A stretch of 64,000 nt of DNA from Macrostomum lignano (Eukaryota): positions 39,559-103,558 of the forward strand of contig NIVC01002962.1 in assembly GCA_002269645.1 (NCBI GenBank). Direction: 5' to 3'. The position numbers and the translations under genes are program-made. Below are positions 1 through 12,500 of the stretch, piece by piece. The number at the start of each line of letters is the position of its first letter. The stretch's first letter is position 1. Under the pieces are notes generated by a model. It saw nothing but the letters and a program-made list of their open reading frames with translations. It ran no database searches and was not told the DNA's origin.

Positions 1-683
1 AATTTATTTTGCCGCTGTTTGATAGATCAGCAACAAAGGTGCTCTTGACCTTGCGCTTTCTAGTTGAGAGCTGTGTACAATGTACAGGGTGTCAGAACGC
101 CCACCCTATTTATACATTGCAGCTTCTAACTGCTTGCCCTATTACATTAGGGCGAACTCAAGCCCTGCTGCAATTGTGATGTCCTTATTCAAGCGCCTGG
201 AAAAGTTTGTTAATTTTAAGAAGTCTACTGAGATTTAGAATATAAGAATCTGTATTCACTATGTACATTATGTTTTGTATTGAACAAATTTATTTTCATT
301 ATTCTTGCATTATTAAGCAAATGCAAATTCTCAAATTAAAAAACTACAAGTAAGGTAGCTTTTGATAGTCTTTTGTATACCGTCTTTGTTGTCTATTTAT
401 CGATTTGTACGAGTGTAGTTGTTTAAAGTACATTGAACTTCGGTGCTGCAAGACAGGCATTCCATCTAGAGTAGCAATAAGAAATATTGTACGTACACTG
501 GAATTGTTAAAGCAGAACATTTTTTTTTAAAACTACTTAACTGTTTCCGTTTAGTTTAAATTTCCTAGGCTTTACATTTTAACTACTGTCTACAAGATTA
601 TTTGTATGTTTGCTTCTTTCGTACGGTAATCACACATCTAATCATATACATGTATTTCTCACGTTTCATGTGACAGATTCAGT

Positions 684-2300
684 ATGGAGCCAGAATCCGA
701 CAGCTCCTGTGCTGAAAACTTTGAAAGCTGTACATCAAAGTTCTGCAATCAACGGGTAACGTCGCTCTGCCCACTCACTGGCTTGGGATTCTGTGAGCAG
801 CATTTCAGCGTTGAAATAAAGAAGCTGGAAAGGAGGAAGACGGATGTTCTAAAGAGACTCGATACGGTCATCTCTGAATCTGAAAGACGCTCGCTGCGAC
901 TGGAGCAGCAGGCCCTGGCCACAGAGTTGCAGGAGGTCGCGGACATGTTCGATGCGGCTCAGGAGCGACTCCAGCAGTGGAGAGACCGGCTGATGTCGCG
1001 TGTCCAAGAGGTGCACGATGCAGTCGCCGAGAGGCTGCAAGACGCGAGCCAAGCAGAGGAGTGCGCCAAGGAGTTGGAAGAGAAATGCAACGATAGATTT
1101 TGCAATAAAGACAGCGTAAAGCTTATCGTCTCCCTAGAGTCGTGGCTAGATGAGGCCTGCAGTCGATCGGAGAAGTTCAGCCAGCAACGAGTCGAGCTGC
1201 GCGATCGGCAGAGCCGTCAGTTGGACGATCAGGCAGCAGCAGGTACTGTTTTCCGGTGTGTGGGAGACGTAACAGCAGGTGTTGAGCAGCTGCAGTTCGA
1301 GATCGACAGACATCTGACAGGTGTGATGCGGCAGTGCTGGCTCGATGACAGAGAGGCGTCTCCTGTGCTCCGGCCTTCGGGCTCAATCTCGGATCTGCCG
1401 AGCAGTCCTCGGTACCTGGCGCTGTGCAGCAACACTCGGGGCTTCGCAGCCGACCCGTCGGGTCGCATAGTTCGAATCGACGCTTCGACTGAGGCGTGCG
1501 AGCCCCTACCGGATGTGTGTGTTGCTGTGTCGCTTACTGAAAAGGATGTTGAATATATTCTCCTCATGTCGCTAGATGGTAGCATTCGTTTTCGATGCCA
1601 AAGCGAGCTGGATTGGAGCAGCCGAATATTTGGTCTTCAGTGTGACAGCAGTCGTCAGCAGTTGTATGTCGCCCAGGCTAATGCAGTGACAGCGATAGAT
1701 TTGTCGGGTCAGGTTGTTCATCTCATTACGAGGTCGGATTGCGGTGAAGTATTCGGCACCATTTGCTCGGTAGACTGCTCTTTGGATAAAATATTTATTC
1801 TCAGTGAAAAACCTTACTGTTTAGTTGCTTTTAGCAAAGATTCGTTTGAGTGTGAGCTAAATGTAGACATTTCTCCATTCAGTACTGTTGATGGCGTCCG
1901 CAAAGTATCACTTCAAGGTCATAAAGCGCTTCTTTGCAACCAAATCAGCGGTCAGTTGATGCGAATTTGCTGCATCACTGGTCAGCTCATAATGGCTTAT
2001 CCTGTCAAATCAAATTATCAAGAAAGATTTTTTAATCCGCAGCAAGTACTTTTCAATGGTCGTGGCCTGCTGCTTTTTTCTGACTCTCACTGCGTCCGAA
2101 TCATGGCCCATAATGGAGCCATCCAGCAAACTCTAGGGACTCCGACTGAACCTGGTTGTGGCGATCTGCAGTTTAAATCCCCTATAGGTACATGTATCGT
2201 GACTACAGAAAAGACGAATCCTCACAAACTTTTCTTTGCTGATTTGGAGAACCTAAGAATTTGTGTTTTTGAATTGTATAATCCTATACTTCCATCTTAG
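684..2300 (+). CDS. Intronless TRIM-like protein (degenerate B-box-like Zn finger, coiled coil, NHL-like beta-propeller; no RING), 538 aa
   Basis: Long GC-elevated ORF in AT-rich flanks. N-terminal Cys/His cluster (CTSKFC..LCPLTGLGFCEQH), then an E/K/R/Q/L-rich helical segment, then beta-rich repeats with NHL-like F-x-x-P motifs (FFNPQQV, FKSPIGTCI). ATTAAA at 2398-2403. Confidence 0.75.
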   Translation: MEPESDSSCAENFESCTSKFCNQRVTSLCPLTGLGFCEQHFSVEIKKLERRKTDVLKRLDTVISESERRSLRLEQQALATELQEVADMFDAAQERLQQWRDRLMSRVQEVHDAVAERLQDASQAEECAKELEEKCNDRFCNKDSVKLIVSLESWLDEACSRSEKFSQQRVELRDRQSRQLDDQAAAGTVFRCVGDVTAGVEQLQFEIDRHLTGVMRQCWLDDREASPVLRPSGSISDLPSSPRYLALCSNTRGFAADPSGRIVRIDASTEACEPLPDVCVAVSLTEKDVEYILLMSLDGSIRFRCQSELDWSSRIFGLQCDSSRQQLYVAQANAVTAIDLSGQVVHLITRSDCGEVFGTICSVDCSLDKIFILSEKPYCLVAFSKDSFECELNVDISPFSTVDGVRKVSLQGHKALLCNQISGQLMRICCITGQLIMAYPVKSNYQERFFNPQQVLFNGRGLLLFSDSHCVRIMAHNGAIQQTLGTPTEPGCGDLQFKSPIGTCIVTTEKTNPHKLFFADLENLRICVFELYNPILPS

Positions 2301-5027
2301 GAATACGTCGAAAAGCATTAGTTTATCGACGCCTAGTTGCTTTAGCTTTGTTTGTTAGTGTTTGAAGTCTAGCTTTACACTGTATACTCGTACTTTTATT
2401 AAACCTAAATATGATACTTGTACTTCGAAGCAGTGCCCTGCTGTTCCTTGACTCTGGTTGTTGTTTTTTTATTCACATTATCTGCTTCTAAGTTTAGTCC
2501 GCCAAAAATATCTAATTAGCGAAGATACTAAACAAACAAAACAGTACTTGCGATTCTGAAAAAGATATTTAAGGCGGAATGGTTAATAAAAAGACGACTG
2601 AATGATTAATTGTTAATCGTTTATAAAAAGTATTTTGTTATAACAAGTTAAACACACTTATTTTGATAAAAATTGTCGAACCAAGCGCCATCTGAGTGCC
2701 ATTAAAAGCGCGCGAGTATGATAATTTCTGAACTTGTTTTTAGAAAACCACAGCTAACTTTCTTTAAATCTTCCAGCTAAGCGTCATGTACATCCTGGCC
2801 TATTCTATGTTGAAATATCCTTTGAATTTTACTAATAGGTTTCATTAATACCAATTCAGGCATTATATCATTATTGTTGATTTTTAGTATGAGTCGAAAT
2901 CATAAGCTGCTGTATCTTGCGTTTGCTATGCATACTTGCTTATTTACGAGCGTATTTGTTTTTTTTGTTGATCGAAAACTGTATTTTTCGCTCTTTTAGA
3001 ATTAGACTATACTAACTATGGGGGGTAACCTAATAATTAAGCGTTTCCTATTTATTTTTGTTTGCTAATTAATCTTGTGTAAATTTTAATTATGGGCCCG
3101 ATTTGTTAGTTTTGATTGCTACAGTACATGCTTCTATTACTGTAGCATTTAAATACATTGTGACGGGGGACTTGTGGAAAACTTCATTGTTTTACTATCA
3201 TTTTTACTATTAGTAGACTACTACATAAGTGTATCATATTTTGTATGAATTCTGTGTACATTCATTGAATCGGCTTTTATATGTCGGCAAGTGATGAATT
3301 TTTAAAAAATCAATAATTTTGCCCAGCGCCCATCGTAACTCTCAGCCAATTACAATTCGCTGTATCATCTATCGTTTTATATTAACTGTTCGTTTTTCGT
3401 CGCTACTCTAAATAAAATAAAATAAACTTGGCCAACTAAGCAAGCAAAATATATCAATTCAATTGAATATTGGACTGCGCTATACTTGCATTTTTCTTCG
3501 GTCTTGTTCTGCCAAGGACTGCCAGATTAAATTGTCACAACATATATGATTTCAACGTACGTTTTTTCACATTTTTACTGTGCACTCAAGTGCTATTACA
3601 AAGATATAGTCACTTACATGGCAGTTACATGTAAGTTTTTGCTTTGTTTAACTTTTTTACTAAACAGTTAGATAAAAATGTGCACGTACAGTTCAGTCCA
3701 GATCGATCTTGGCTCGCGCGTCCGCTCTGCAGCTTTTACCTGGGCTTCACGCTCGTACATGTAGCTATAACTCAATTCTTACCTAATTCATGCCACAGAA
3801 CGACTAAATAAATAGAAATACAAGGATCATATTAAAGGATCTGAATAGGGCCGCATATATCAAATAAGCCCGCAGAAAGCACTCAGATTTTGATTGATAC
3901 ATCGACCTACATGTAGATTGATACGCGTACTTTTCAACTATACAGCTGCATAAAAATGGACCAGGAAGGTGATTTAATGTGAACTTATACCGTGCCCACA
4001 ACTACTGAGGAAAAAACAGCATTCTTTCTGTTTAATTACTCGTGTACATGTACAATATAAACAGCTAGTAGTTAAAGTCTGCAGAGCTCTGCTCAGTGCT
4101 TACGGTCCCAATGCCTAAATGAGTGTTAACATCACCGATTCCATTAAAAGTGTAGGAATGGGAATAGGAATAGGACTAGTAATAAGGAATTTAGTCAGAA
4201 TTATTGCTTAATCAATTATTGCACAGCTCCCCACTGCATTTACATGATCCATGCATATGGCGACGCCAAATGATGGAGCTGAGTATTTGTTACTCGCCAC
4301 ACTGCACCTCACCGATCGCGTACATTATACATGTGTAAGCACCACTGCAGTGGCAGTTTTAAAAACATTACGGTAATGCCGCCATTTTCATGCAGTTAGC
4401 ACTACAAATACTCTGACATTGAAACTTATTTGATAGTATTGTAATTTTACAAGTCGAAATTAATTATTATTGCTAGTATTATAATGCATGAGTATTCTAA
4501 ATGTCAAACTCTAAAGTTGGTTTACAAAATTACTGTTTTGTTAAAGTTTGTTTTTTCTTTAAGGGGTTTTTAATTTTCTTTATTTCTTATAAAATCGTGT
4601 TTCCTGTAAAGCGTTAGCAAGTGAATAGGGTAGGAAAGAATTGGAGTAGTGCACATTGTGCTTGCGCAAGCAGTGTATTTGTATTATAGGCTTCTTGTCG
4701 GGATAATTTAATTTGCCTATAAAAACTCTTTATTTGACCTATCTAGTCTATTGTTTACCGAGTAAATTAATTAGGACATACACCGACACCGAGTCACCGA
4801 CTTACTACCTATATTGAACTTGAATGAACATTAGGCCTAATTAAAATAGTAAAATATTCAATAAATCCCATATACTTAATCAAACGTAACGACGAACGGG
4901 ATAATTTAAGCTGCACCTTAAATTTTTGGCTTGGTGTTTTCAGTTCTAGGATGGTTTTGTAGGATGAGTTTTTCTTTGTGACCAGTGACCACTGACCACC
5001 CAGTTAAAAGCCTTTCTGACTAGTCTA

Positions 5028-5162
5028 ATGCCTGAGCAAGTTGTTCGAATTGGTGTGACAGATTTTGTCACATATACATATGAAGATTTGCAGGATGCAA
5101 CCAACAGTAGATTCATTCAAAAAATATTACAACTAAGGAAAACTGTGGATTCAATTTCTTAT
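5028..5162 (+). CDS. ASAP: ASAP exon 1 ([16 protein letters not shown])
   Basis: Resembles ASAP2 MPDQISVSEFVAET..TVAAIEE; donor GTATGT at 5163, phase 0. Confidence 0.88.
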
Positions 5163-8100
5163 GTATGTCAATTTTTTTATTGCCTAATTTTTTATATACA
5201 ACCCATTTTACCTTTTTGACTATTGCCTAAGCAATAAATAGGGCCCTATCTTTTTATGACAGTATGACATGAATCCTTATTAATATTCGGCTAGAGCCTA
5301 GGTATGTTACAAATTTGAATATCAAAAGAATATGCTATTATATGCCTGGATGGAATTCTTGCAGAAAAATCACAACGCGTTATGCAATTGAGCGAAAAAA
5401 ATGCGATTTTGCATAAAAAAATCCAGAAAAAATGTGTTGCAGAATTTCAGACAAAATTTCTAATTCTTAATATATGCAAAAGTGCGCTTGAGATATTGGA
5501 TTTTGCAAAAGATAATCTTACCAGCTAATATCACAAAGAAAAATAAAAAGTAAAAACTAAATAAGGCACAAAAGTAAAAATTAAAAAAAAATTCTATAAA
5601 AAGTAGAAACTCGTAACATTCTCTAACATTCATATTTGGACAAAAATTCAAATTACTACATTATCTTAGAATGCATTTTTCATTATTGTCTTTCGTTATT
5701 TTGTTATTTCGTTATTTTGCGATGTGCTAAGTACCAAAATAAAAAATGCGACCAATAAAAAATATTTTGCGTGCCATAAAAAATCGCATAATTCCATTTG
5801 ACTTAAGAAATACAAGAATTCCATCCTGGCTTATATGCTTATTTTATTATACGCAATTTTGAATTTTTCAAAAAAAGAATTCTTGCATAAAAGTTATTAT
5901 GCCTCTATGTGTGCTTTCAAATTTGTCTACAGGTGTATGTTGAAAATGGGCCTACCTGCTTGCATACTTTAAAAATATATATATAGTACTTATGTACATT
6001 TGTACAAAAAGCTATTTGCTACATAATTATAATGCATAGGCCTACAATACAGTTATAGTAATAGTAGCTTCTATATTTCTTCAGTTTACCTTGTGCTCTT
6101 GATTGTTTACTTTCTTATGAAATTTAGTCTAGACTTCTCTCTCTCCCTATTTTCATTCTGATTAGTTTTCACTTTAACTTCCTAGCCTTTTCTATCCTTT
6201 TATTCCATTTGTATAGCTAGCCCCCTTCTTTTTGTATGCTCAAATTAAAAGCCAACTTCTCAGTTCTTAATGCCCTAAACCCTAATTACTTACTTTTATT
6301 TTTAACCAAAATGTCAATATTCAAATCTTAATCTATTTTAAATCTTTACCCTACATCAAAGTGACTAATTAATATTTCAATTATCAATTTCCAATTCTAA
6401 TTCAAATTATATATTCTATTCTTAACATTAACTAGAGATGTTCCAAAATTTTGATTTAAATTTAAATTTTCTAAAATTTGCATTTTTAAAGCAAATTTTA
6501 ATTTCTAAATAATTTGGAAATCAAAATTTTAGAAGTGCCTACTTCCAAACTTCTTATCTGATGTTAGTTTTTTTAGAACTTTGTTACTGCTTTCATTAGT
6601 GATATTATTACATTTTTTACATGTAAAACTATTTGAATTTGTTAAAACTGTTCCATACATATAGAACATACATATAGGGCCGTATGCAGAAAGCTCTGTC
6701 TAGGGTAGTCCGGTCTTGAAAAGCTAGTCTGGACTTGGATTTGGTATGCAGAAATGCAAAGTTAGACCGGTCTACTATAGCAGAACTAGGGTAGCTGGAC
6801 CATAGACTATAGACTGAACTACCCAAGTCTGGACTAGCTAGTCTAGACTAAGCTTTCTGCATACGACCCATAGTTTGTGGAACTGTAAATTTTTCAATTC
6901 TAATTCAAATTATATATTCTATTCTTGACATTAACTAGAGATGTTCTAAAATTTCCATTTAAATTTAAATTTTCTAAAAGTTGCATTTTTGAAGCAAATT
7001 TTAATTTCTAAAGAATTTGGAAATCAAAATTTTAGAAGTGCCTACTTCCAAACTTCTTATCTGATGTTAGTTTTTTTAGAACTTCATTACTGCTTTTATT
7101 GGTGATATTATTACATTTTTTACATGTAAAACTATTTGAATTTGTTAAAACTGTTCCATACATATAGAACATACATATAGTTTGTGGAACTAAATTTTTG
7201 TAAATTTTGTTGCACTTTAAAGCTGTAAAAGCATCTGCTGATATATTGCACATTTTTGCATAATACAATACAATAATGCATATGTACATTTACCATACAT
7301 GTACATGCATTATTGTTTACACAATCTCAGTTTATTGCTAGTCATGCAGTGATACATGTATATTTTAACTAAATTTTATACATGTACAACTGAGTACACG
7401 TAGTTTTTGCATTGAAAAAAGTTTTTGCATTTAAAGTGGCAATGAGGGATTCTACTTATTTAGTGGCTAAAAAAAACTAACTTCTGCTAAACATACATAT
7501 ATTTTGTTTTGCATGAGCAGTAAATTTAAAGTAAAAAAGTGAGTGTTGGTTGTACTAAACTTTGTTTTTCTGAATTTTGATTTCAACTATATAGCTGCAG
7601 TATTAATTAATTATTTAAAATTGTATTAATTTGACAAATAAATAAAATACAACTTAAGAAAAGAAAATTAAGCAATTATTTATACCTATTAAGAAGATAG
7701 TATAAAGGGGTTCTATAGTGCCAGCTGGTTATTAGGGATTGCTAATTGAGTTTGTTGATAGATGGGACCTAGTGCTATAGTATAGTTAGTCTATAGTGCT
7801 GTGGGTGATATTGCTAGTATATGTATCTTAGCTACACAAATGATCTGATTGGATAGCTGTCTATGAGCCCATGTTGGCATAGTGTAGATTGGTTTTTTAT
7901 AAGATATTATGTCATTTTTGGGAACAGTAAGGCTGCTAATGGGTTAGCTACATTTATTATATAATAGCAACAGCAATGCAATGAGATTAAGAAGTAATGA
8001 TAGTAGATAGTGGATAATAGTGCTTTCAGGCATCTCTATTAATAGCATAAAAGCATGTAAAACATTCACAAAGAGGCTGCTCAACATCTCATTGGACTAT

Positions 8101-9350
8101 TTGTGGAAGGGTTTTTGTTGGTTAGTGAATAAGAGCAAGGCAATGGTTCTTTTAGTAGGATAATTAATGGAAATTAGATTGGGGATTCAAACAAAGAAAA
8201 AGAAGAGGCATGATTTGTATCATTGTCATCATCACCATATATTTATAGATTTGTAAATGGTTTCTAGAGTTTTCTAGAAAGATTGAATGCATCCTAACAA
8301 ACTAGTTTTGACTTTTAGAAATCTAACGAAATTTTGAAAAAGTTATTAAAGTATGATATAGTAGCAGTATTCATAGAATATTTACTATGTACTAACAAGG
8401 CATTTAGGAACAATAGTCTATAATTTCTCAGTAATATTGAGTATCTATTTATTTATTAATATAAATAAGAGCTTATCTAAGCCATATAATAATAGGCTCT
8501 TAGCATAAAAAATGTTTGCTAAACAAATATTAAAAAATAAAATAATTTAATTATTGCCATTAGTATTTTTTGTCCATTTTTTAAATCTTGTTATTCTGTT
8601 TGAATATATAAAGTATATATAAATTTCAAAACTGTACACAGAATCTTGTTTCAAGCACAAAGAATTGTTATTTGAGCAAATAAAAATCTAAGTTATTTTA
8701 ACTGGACTCTAAGCTACAATACTATATAACCTCCTGAGTAAATAGTCTTGTCTTCTCTGAACTTTGTCATGCTAATAAATATTTTTATAATTTAATTTTT
8801 GTTTTAATACCAAGGGTAAGATGATAGTGTATCATCTTTAACATGTATATATATACTCTTAACAGATTCTAAAATAGTATTTCCTCAATTCAAGACAAAA
8901 AATTCAAAGTAGAATACAAACAAAATACAAATTTTAAATAAAAAATACCTCTCATTAATAGGACTTGGACTTAGACAAAGCAGCACTGAACAAGGTTCGC
9001 AAATCAGTGAAAGCTGTTTATGGATCTGGAAAATGTAAGTTATATTTTGTAATTTAACTACTGGCATTATTTCTCGCATAGTAACACTTGCACCCCTGTC
9101 TTGCACCTGCAGCGCACATTCAAAGCGAAAGCGATCTGTCTAATTTGCTAGCCGAGCTGGGCAACTATGCCATCGACGAGGGCGCCGACTCTGTTGGCAG
9201 CGCGCTGTCCAAATTCTCTGTTGTTACCAAGGAAACGAATTCTTATTTTGCTAATTTGGTATGCTCTGCTGCTGGCGGTTGATGTCACTTTTTTAGTGTT
9301 TCTTAGATGGATATATATATAGATAGATAGATAGAAGGATAGATAGATAA

Positions 9351-9400
<50 letters not shown>

Positions 9401-9406
9401 TGATAA

Positions 9407-9475
<69 letters not shown>

Positions 9476-9522
9476 AGGATTAGAAGGGTAGATAGATAGA
9501 TGGATGGATAGATAGATAGATG

Positions 9523-9579
<57 letters not shown>

Positions 9580-12500
9580 GTTCATTGAAAGAAAAACAAT
9601 GATGAAACTCAACAAACCGAAAAATCATTAACCCGCCCCCTCCACCAGATGCAAAACCTGTCCAACATAGTGCTAAGCCCGTTGGAAACTTTCATCAAAG
9701 TGGAAATGAAGTCCGACATGAAGAAAGGCTTCGACAAGGCATTGAAAGAATACGAATCAAAATTCGACAAGATTCGTAAAGAAAAGATTCAAGCCGCTAA
9801 AGAGGCTGGTCACACCAAGACAGACGTGTCAATGACCGAGGTAAACAATAGATTGGACCCATTTGTCTATTTTCTTGACTTAGAAATTGAAGCTAGTCAA
9901 TAAAAGTAGATTAATATCCACTGAATATCGACATCGTCTCACAGCAACCAGGGCTGAAGCAATGCTGCCCATTCTACCGACTCTTAAGCACATTCTTGAG
10001 CACGCGCTCACACACACGCTCACATAAGGTGTACAACAGCTCCGGCTTTCTAATCGTTCAAGGCGTGTACACTCTCTGTGCTTTGGCGGTTGGCCCAAAT
10101 TTGCTGTGAATCGCACGGCAACACTAATCTCCATTTTCTTACACACAAGCCCCGTATAAATGTGGGCCGCTCACAGAATCGAACCACGGGCCGTGTTGCA
10201 AGAGACTCAGACTCGTTTATTGAAATAAAAAAGACAAAAGCAAAGACAAACATTTAATTAATATTCATTCTTCTTAGACAACTGCTATATAAGTTCCGTG
10301 CTTAAAAAATAATTCTAGTTGTATATATGTGCACTCTAAACATGAAAACTTTATTAATATCTATAACTTGCTTACTATAAAATGAAATGATCCGATACTA
10401 AAAAAAAACACTGCCTTGCAGATTCAAGAGGAACTTGAACGGGAACGGCGGTCCTTGCAGCTGCAACTGTGCGAGGTTTGTTCTAGTTTAATAAAACATA
10501 CCTGTTACTGTTTCTTGATACTTTTGTTCACCTCTATCAAACGCTGTTTTTTAAATACTAGAGATAATATACAGCATAGTTCTAAATAAGTGTTTTTTCA
10601 CTCTGCTCATTTTTTTCTCGCAATATGGTCCAAGAAACGGGTCTATGCAGGTTTATTTTGCGTGCAAGTAAATTGCTTTGGACAGACAGATAATAATAGT
10701 AGTAGGAATAATAAGAATGCCAGCCACAATAATGTAAAATATCCAATAAGAATGGTAAGTAAGTTTGTTACTCAGTTTAGAAAGAGTAGATATAATACAG
10801 GATCGAGTGGTCTCTCGAGTTGCTATAGGAAATGAGGAAAAATAAGAGATATTTGTACAGAAAAAATAGTCGACAAAGCAAATTATTAAAAGCAGAGCGG
10901 CACCGAGTGTACGATAAAAATATGTGCTTTTATACATTGGTTGTAACTTGGCAGGTTGCTTTATTCTCAGATCATCAAAAGTTCGGGCCCGTTAGGCGTG
11001 GAAGCTAGATTGGCATTGAGACGGAGAGTGTATGCGTATACAATAATAATAATATAAATTGCAGACAAGCTGGTCTGGCGTTTGATAAGAAGCTGCCTAT
11101 TGATATTGCAATAATATTAATTTAGATCTTAGAATAATAATAATAATAATAATAATGGATTAGAATGTGGAGCTGCTTTACCGAAAGAACTGTCGTTATA
11201 GAATGCAAGATATTGTGTGCTCAAAATGGATCTCACATGCATCTGTCTCGTCTTCTTGTTGCGTCTTTCGAATGTCTCGAGTGTCTCTGTCTGCATTATG
11301 TTAGATGAATTATTTAATATTATTAAATAAACTCCGTACCCTCTAGCGGTGTGTCGAATACGCGGACCATTTGGTAGCACTTTGGTCGCCTAACATTGCC
11401 GCCTCCTACGTGTAGAATCTGGGCCTTGCCTTTTGATAATCGGCGCTTACCGATTCGTCTGCCAGTTTTATTTCCAGGCCGGCGTTGCCTTGTCGCCGAT
11501 CTAGCGGAGCTTGCATTCGTTTGGCTTCCGGTTGCAACAGCAGCCTCTTGCGTTGGTACTATTGGAAGTTGTTCGTCGTCATCGGCGTCTTCTATCGTTT
11601 CGAATGCCGTATCGGTTGTTGTTATTGGCGCAATTGGTTTGTTTGTCGCTGTCCGTGTTCTTGCTGCTTTTACTTCTGCTTCTGCTGCTTGGCGTTTGAG
11701 GTCCTCTAAAATGCGGCTGTAGATATCGGCTAGAGCTGCATCCGCTGCGTTGCCTTCTAGTACGCTGCGCTCTCTTAACTGAGCAATCTGGTTTGCTAGC
11801 GTCTCTGCTACGTCTTCGTTCACATTTTGGTGGTCCTGTTCGACTTCTTGTGCCGCCTGCCAGTGCTGGGCTTCCTGTTCCAGCTCGTCTAGTCCGACTT
11901 TGTCTTCCGCTTCGGAAACTGACTCGCACCGGATTAAGTCGTGCTCCGCAGCTATCTCATCCTCCTGCTCGGTCTCTTCGTTAGCGACGACTTTCTCTTC
12001 GTTGGCGTCTTCTGTTAGATTTTTGCGCGGGCGTCGCTTGATCTTGACGAAGCTGACGTGGCCGGGTTTAACTGAATCGCACAGTTGAGGACTGTCGCCT
12101 TCGTTGACGAACAGATACGGGCTGTCCGAGACAGATACTAGCTGTTCAACTTGCTGCTGCTGCTGCTGGTTGGCGTCGGACGATATGTTTATATTGCTAG
12201 CATTTTTAGCATTACGACGAGCGTCGCGGTTTTTGTTGTGCTTCAACAGGGCTTGCGGATCGGCGGTTGGCGGCTTGCCTAGTCTCAGGTTTAGGTAAAC
12301 GCTCTTGATGTCAGCAAGTTTCTCCATCTCGCTACGGATCATGTAGTTTGACGCTTTTTCACTCCGATTCAGGTCCAGGATTACTCCCAACCGCACGTCT
12401 GCGAACGTGTTCTGAAGATTCGGATTTAGTTGGAAGTCGATCTCGTCAAAGCTATATGGCGGAAATTCAGCTTCCAAAAAGCGAATCAGCTGTCTGCTGT

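Noticed and set aside
11323-11480. Resemblance of the nested gene's basic tail (..[11 protein letters not shown]) to ribosomal protein S8e GGN motif
   Set aside because: Only a few residues match in a low-complexity basic region; not distinguishable from chance without a search.
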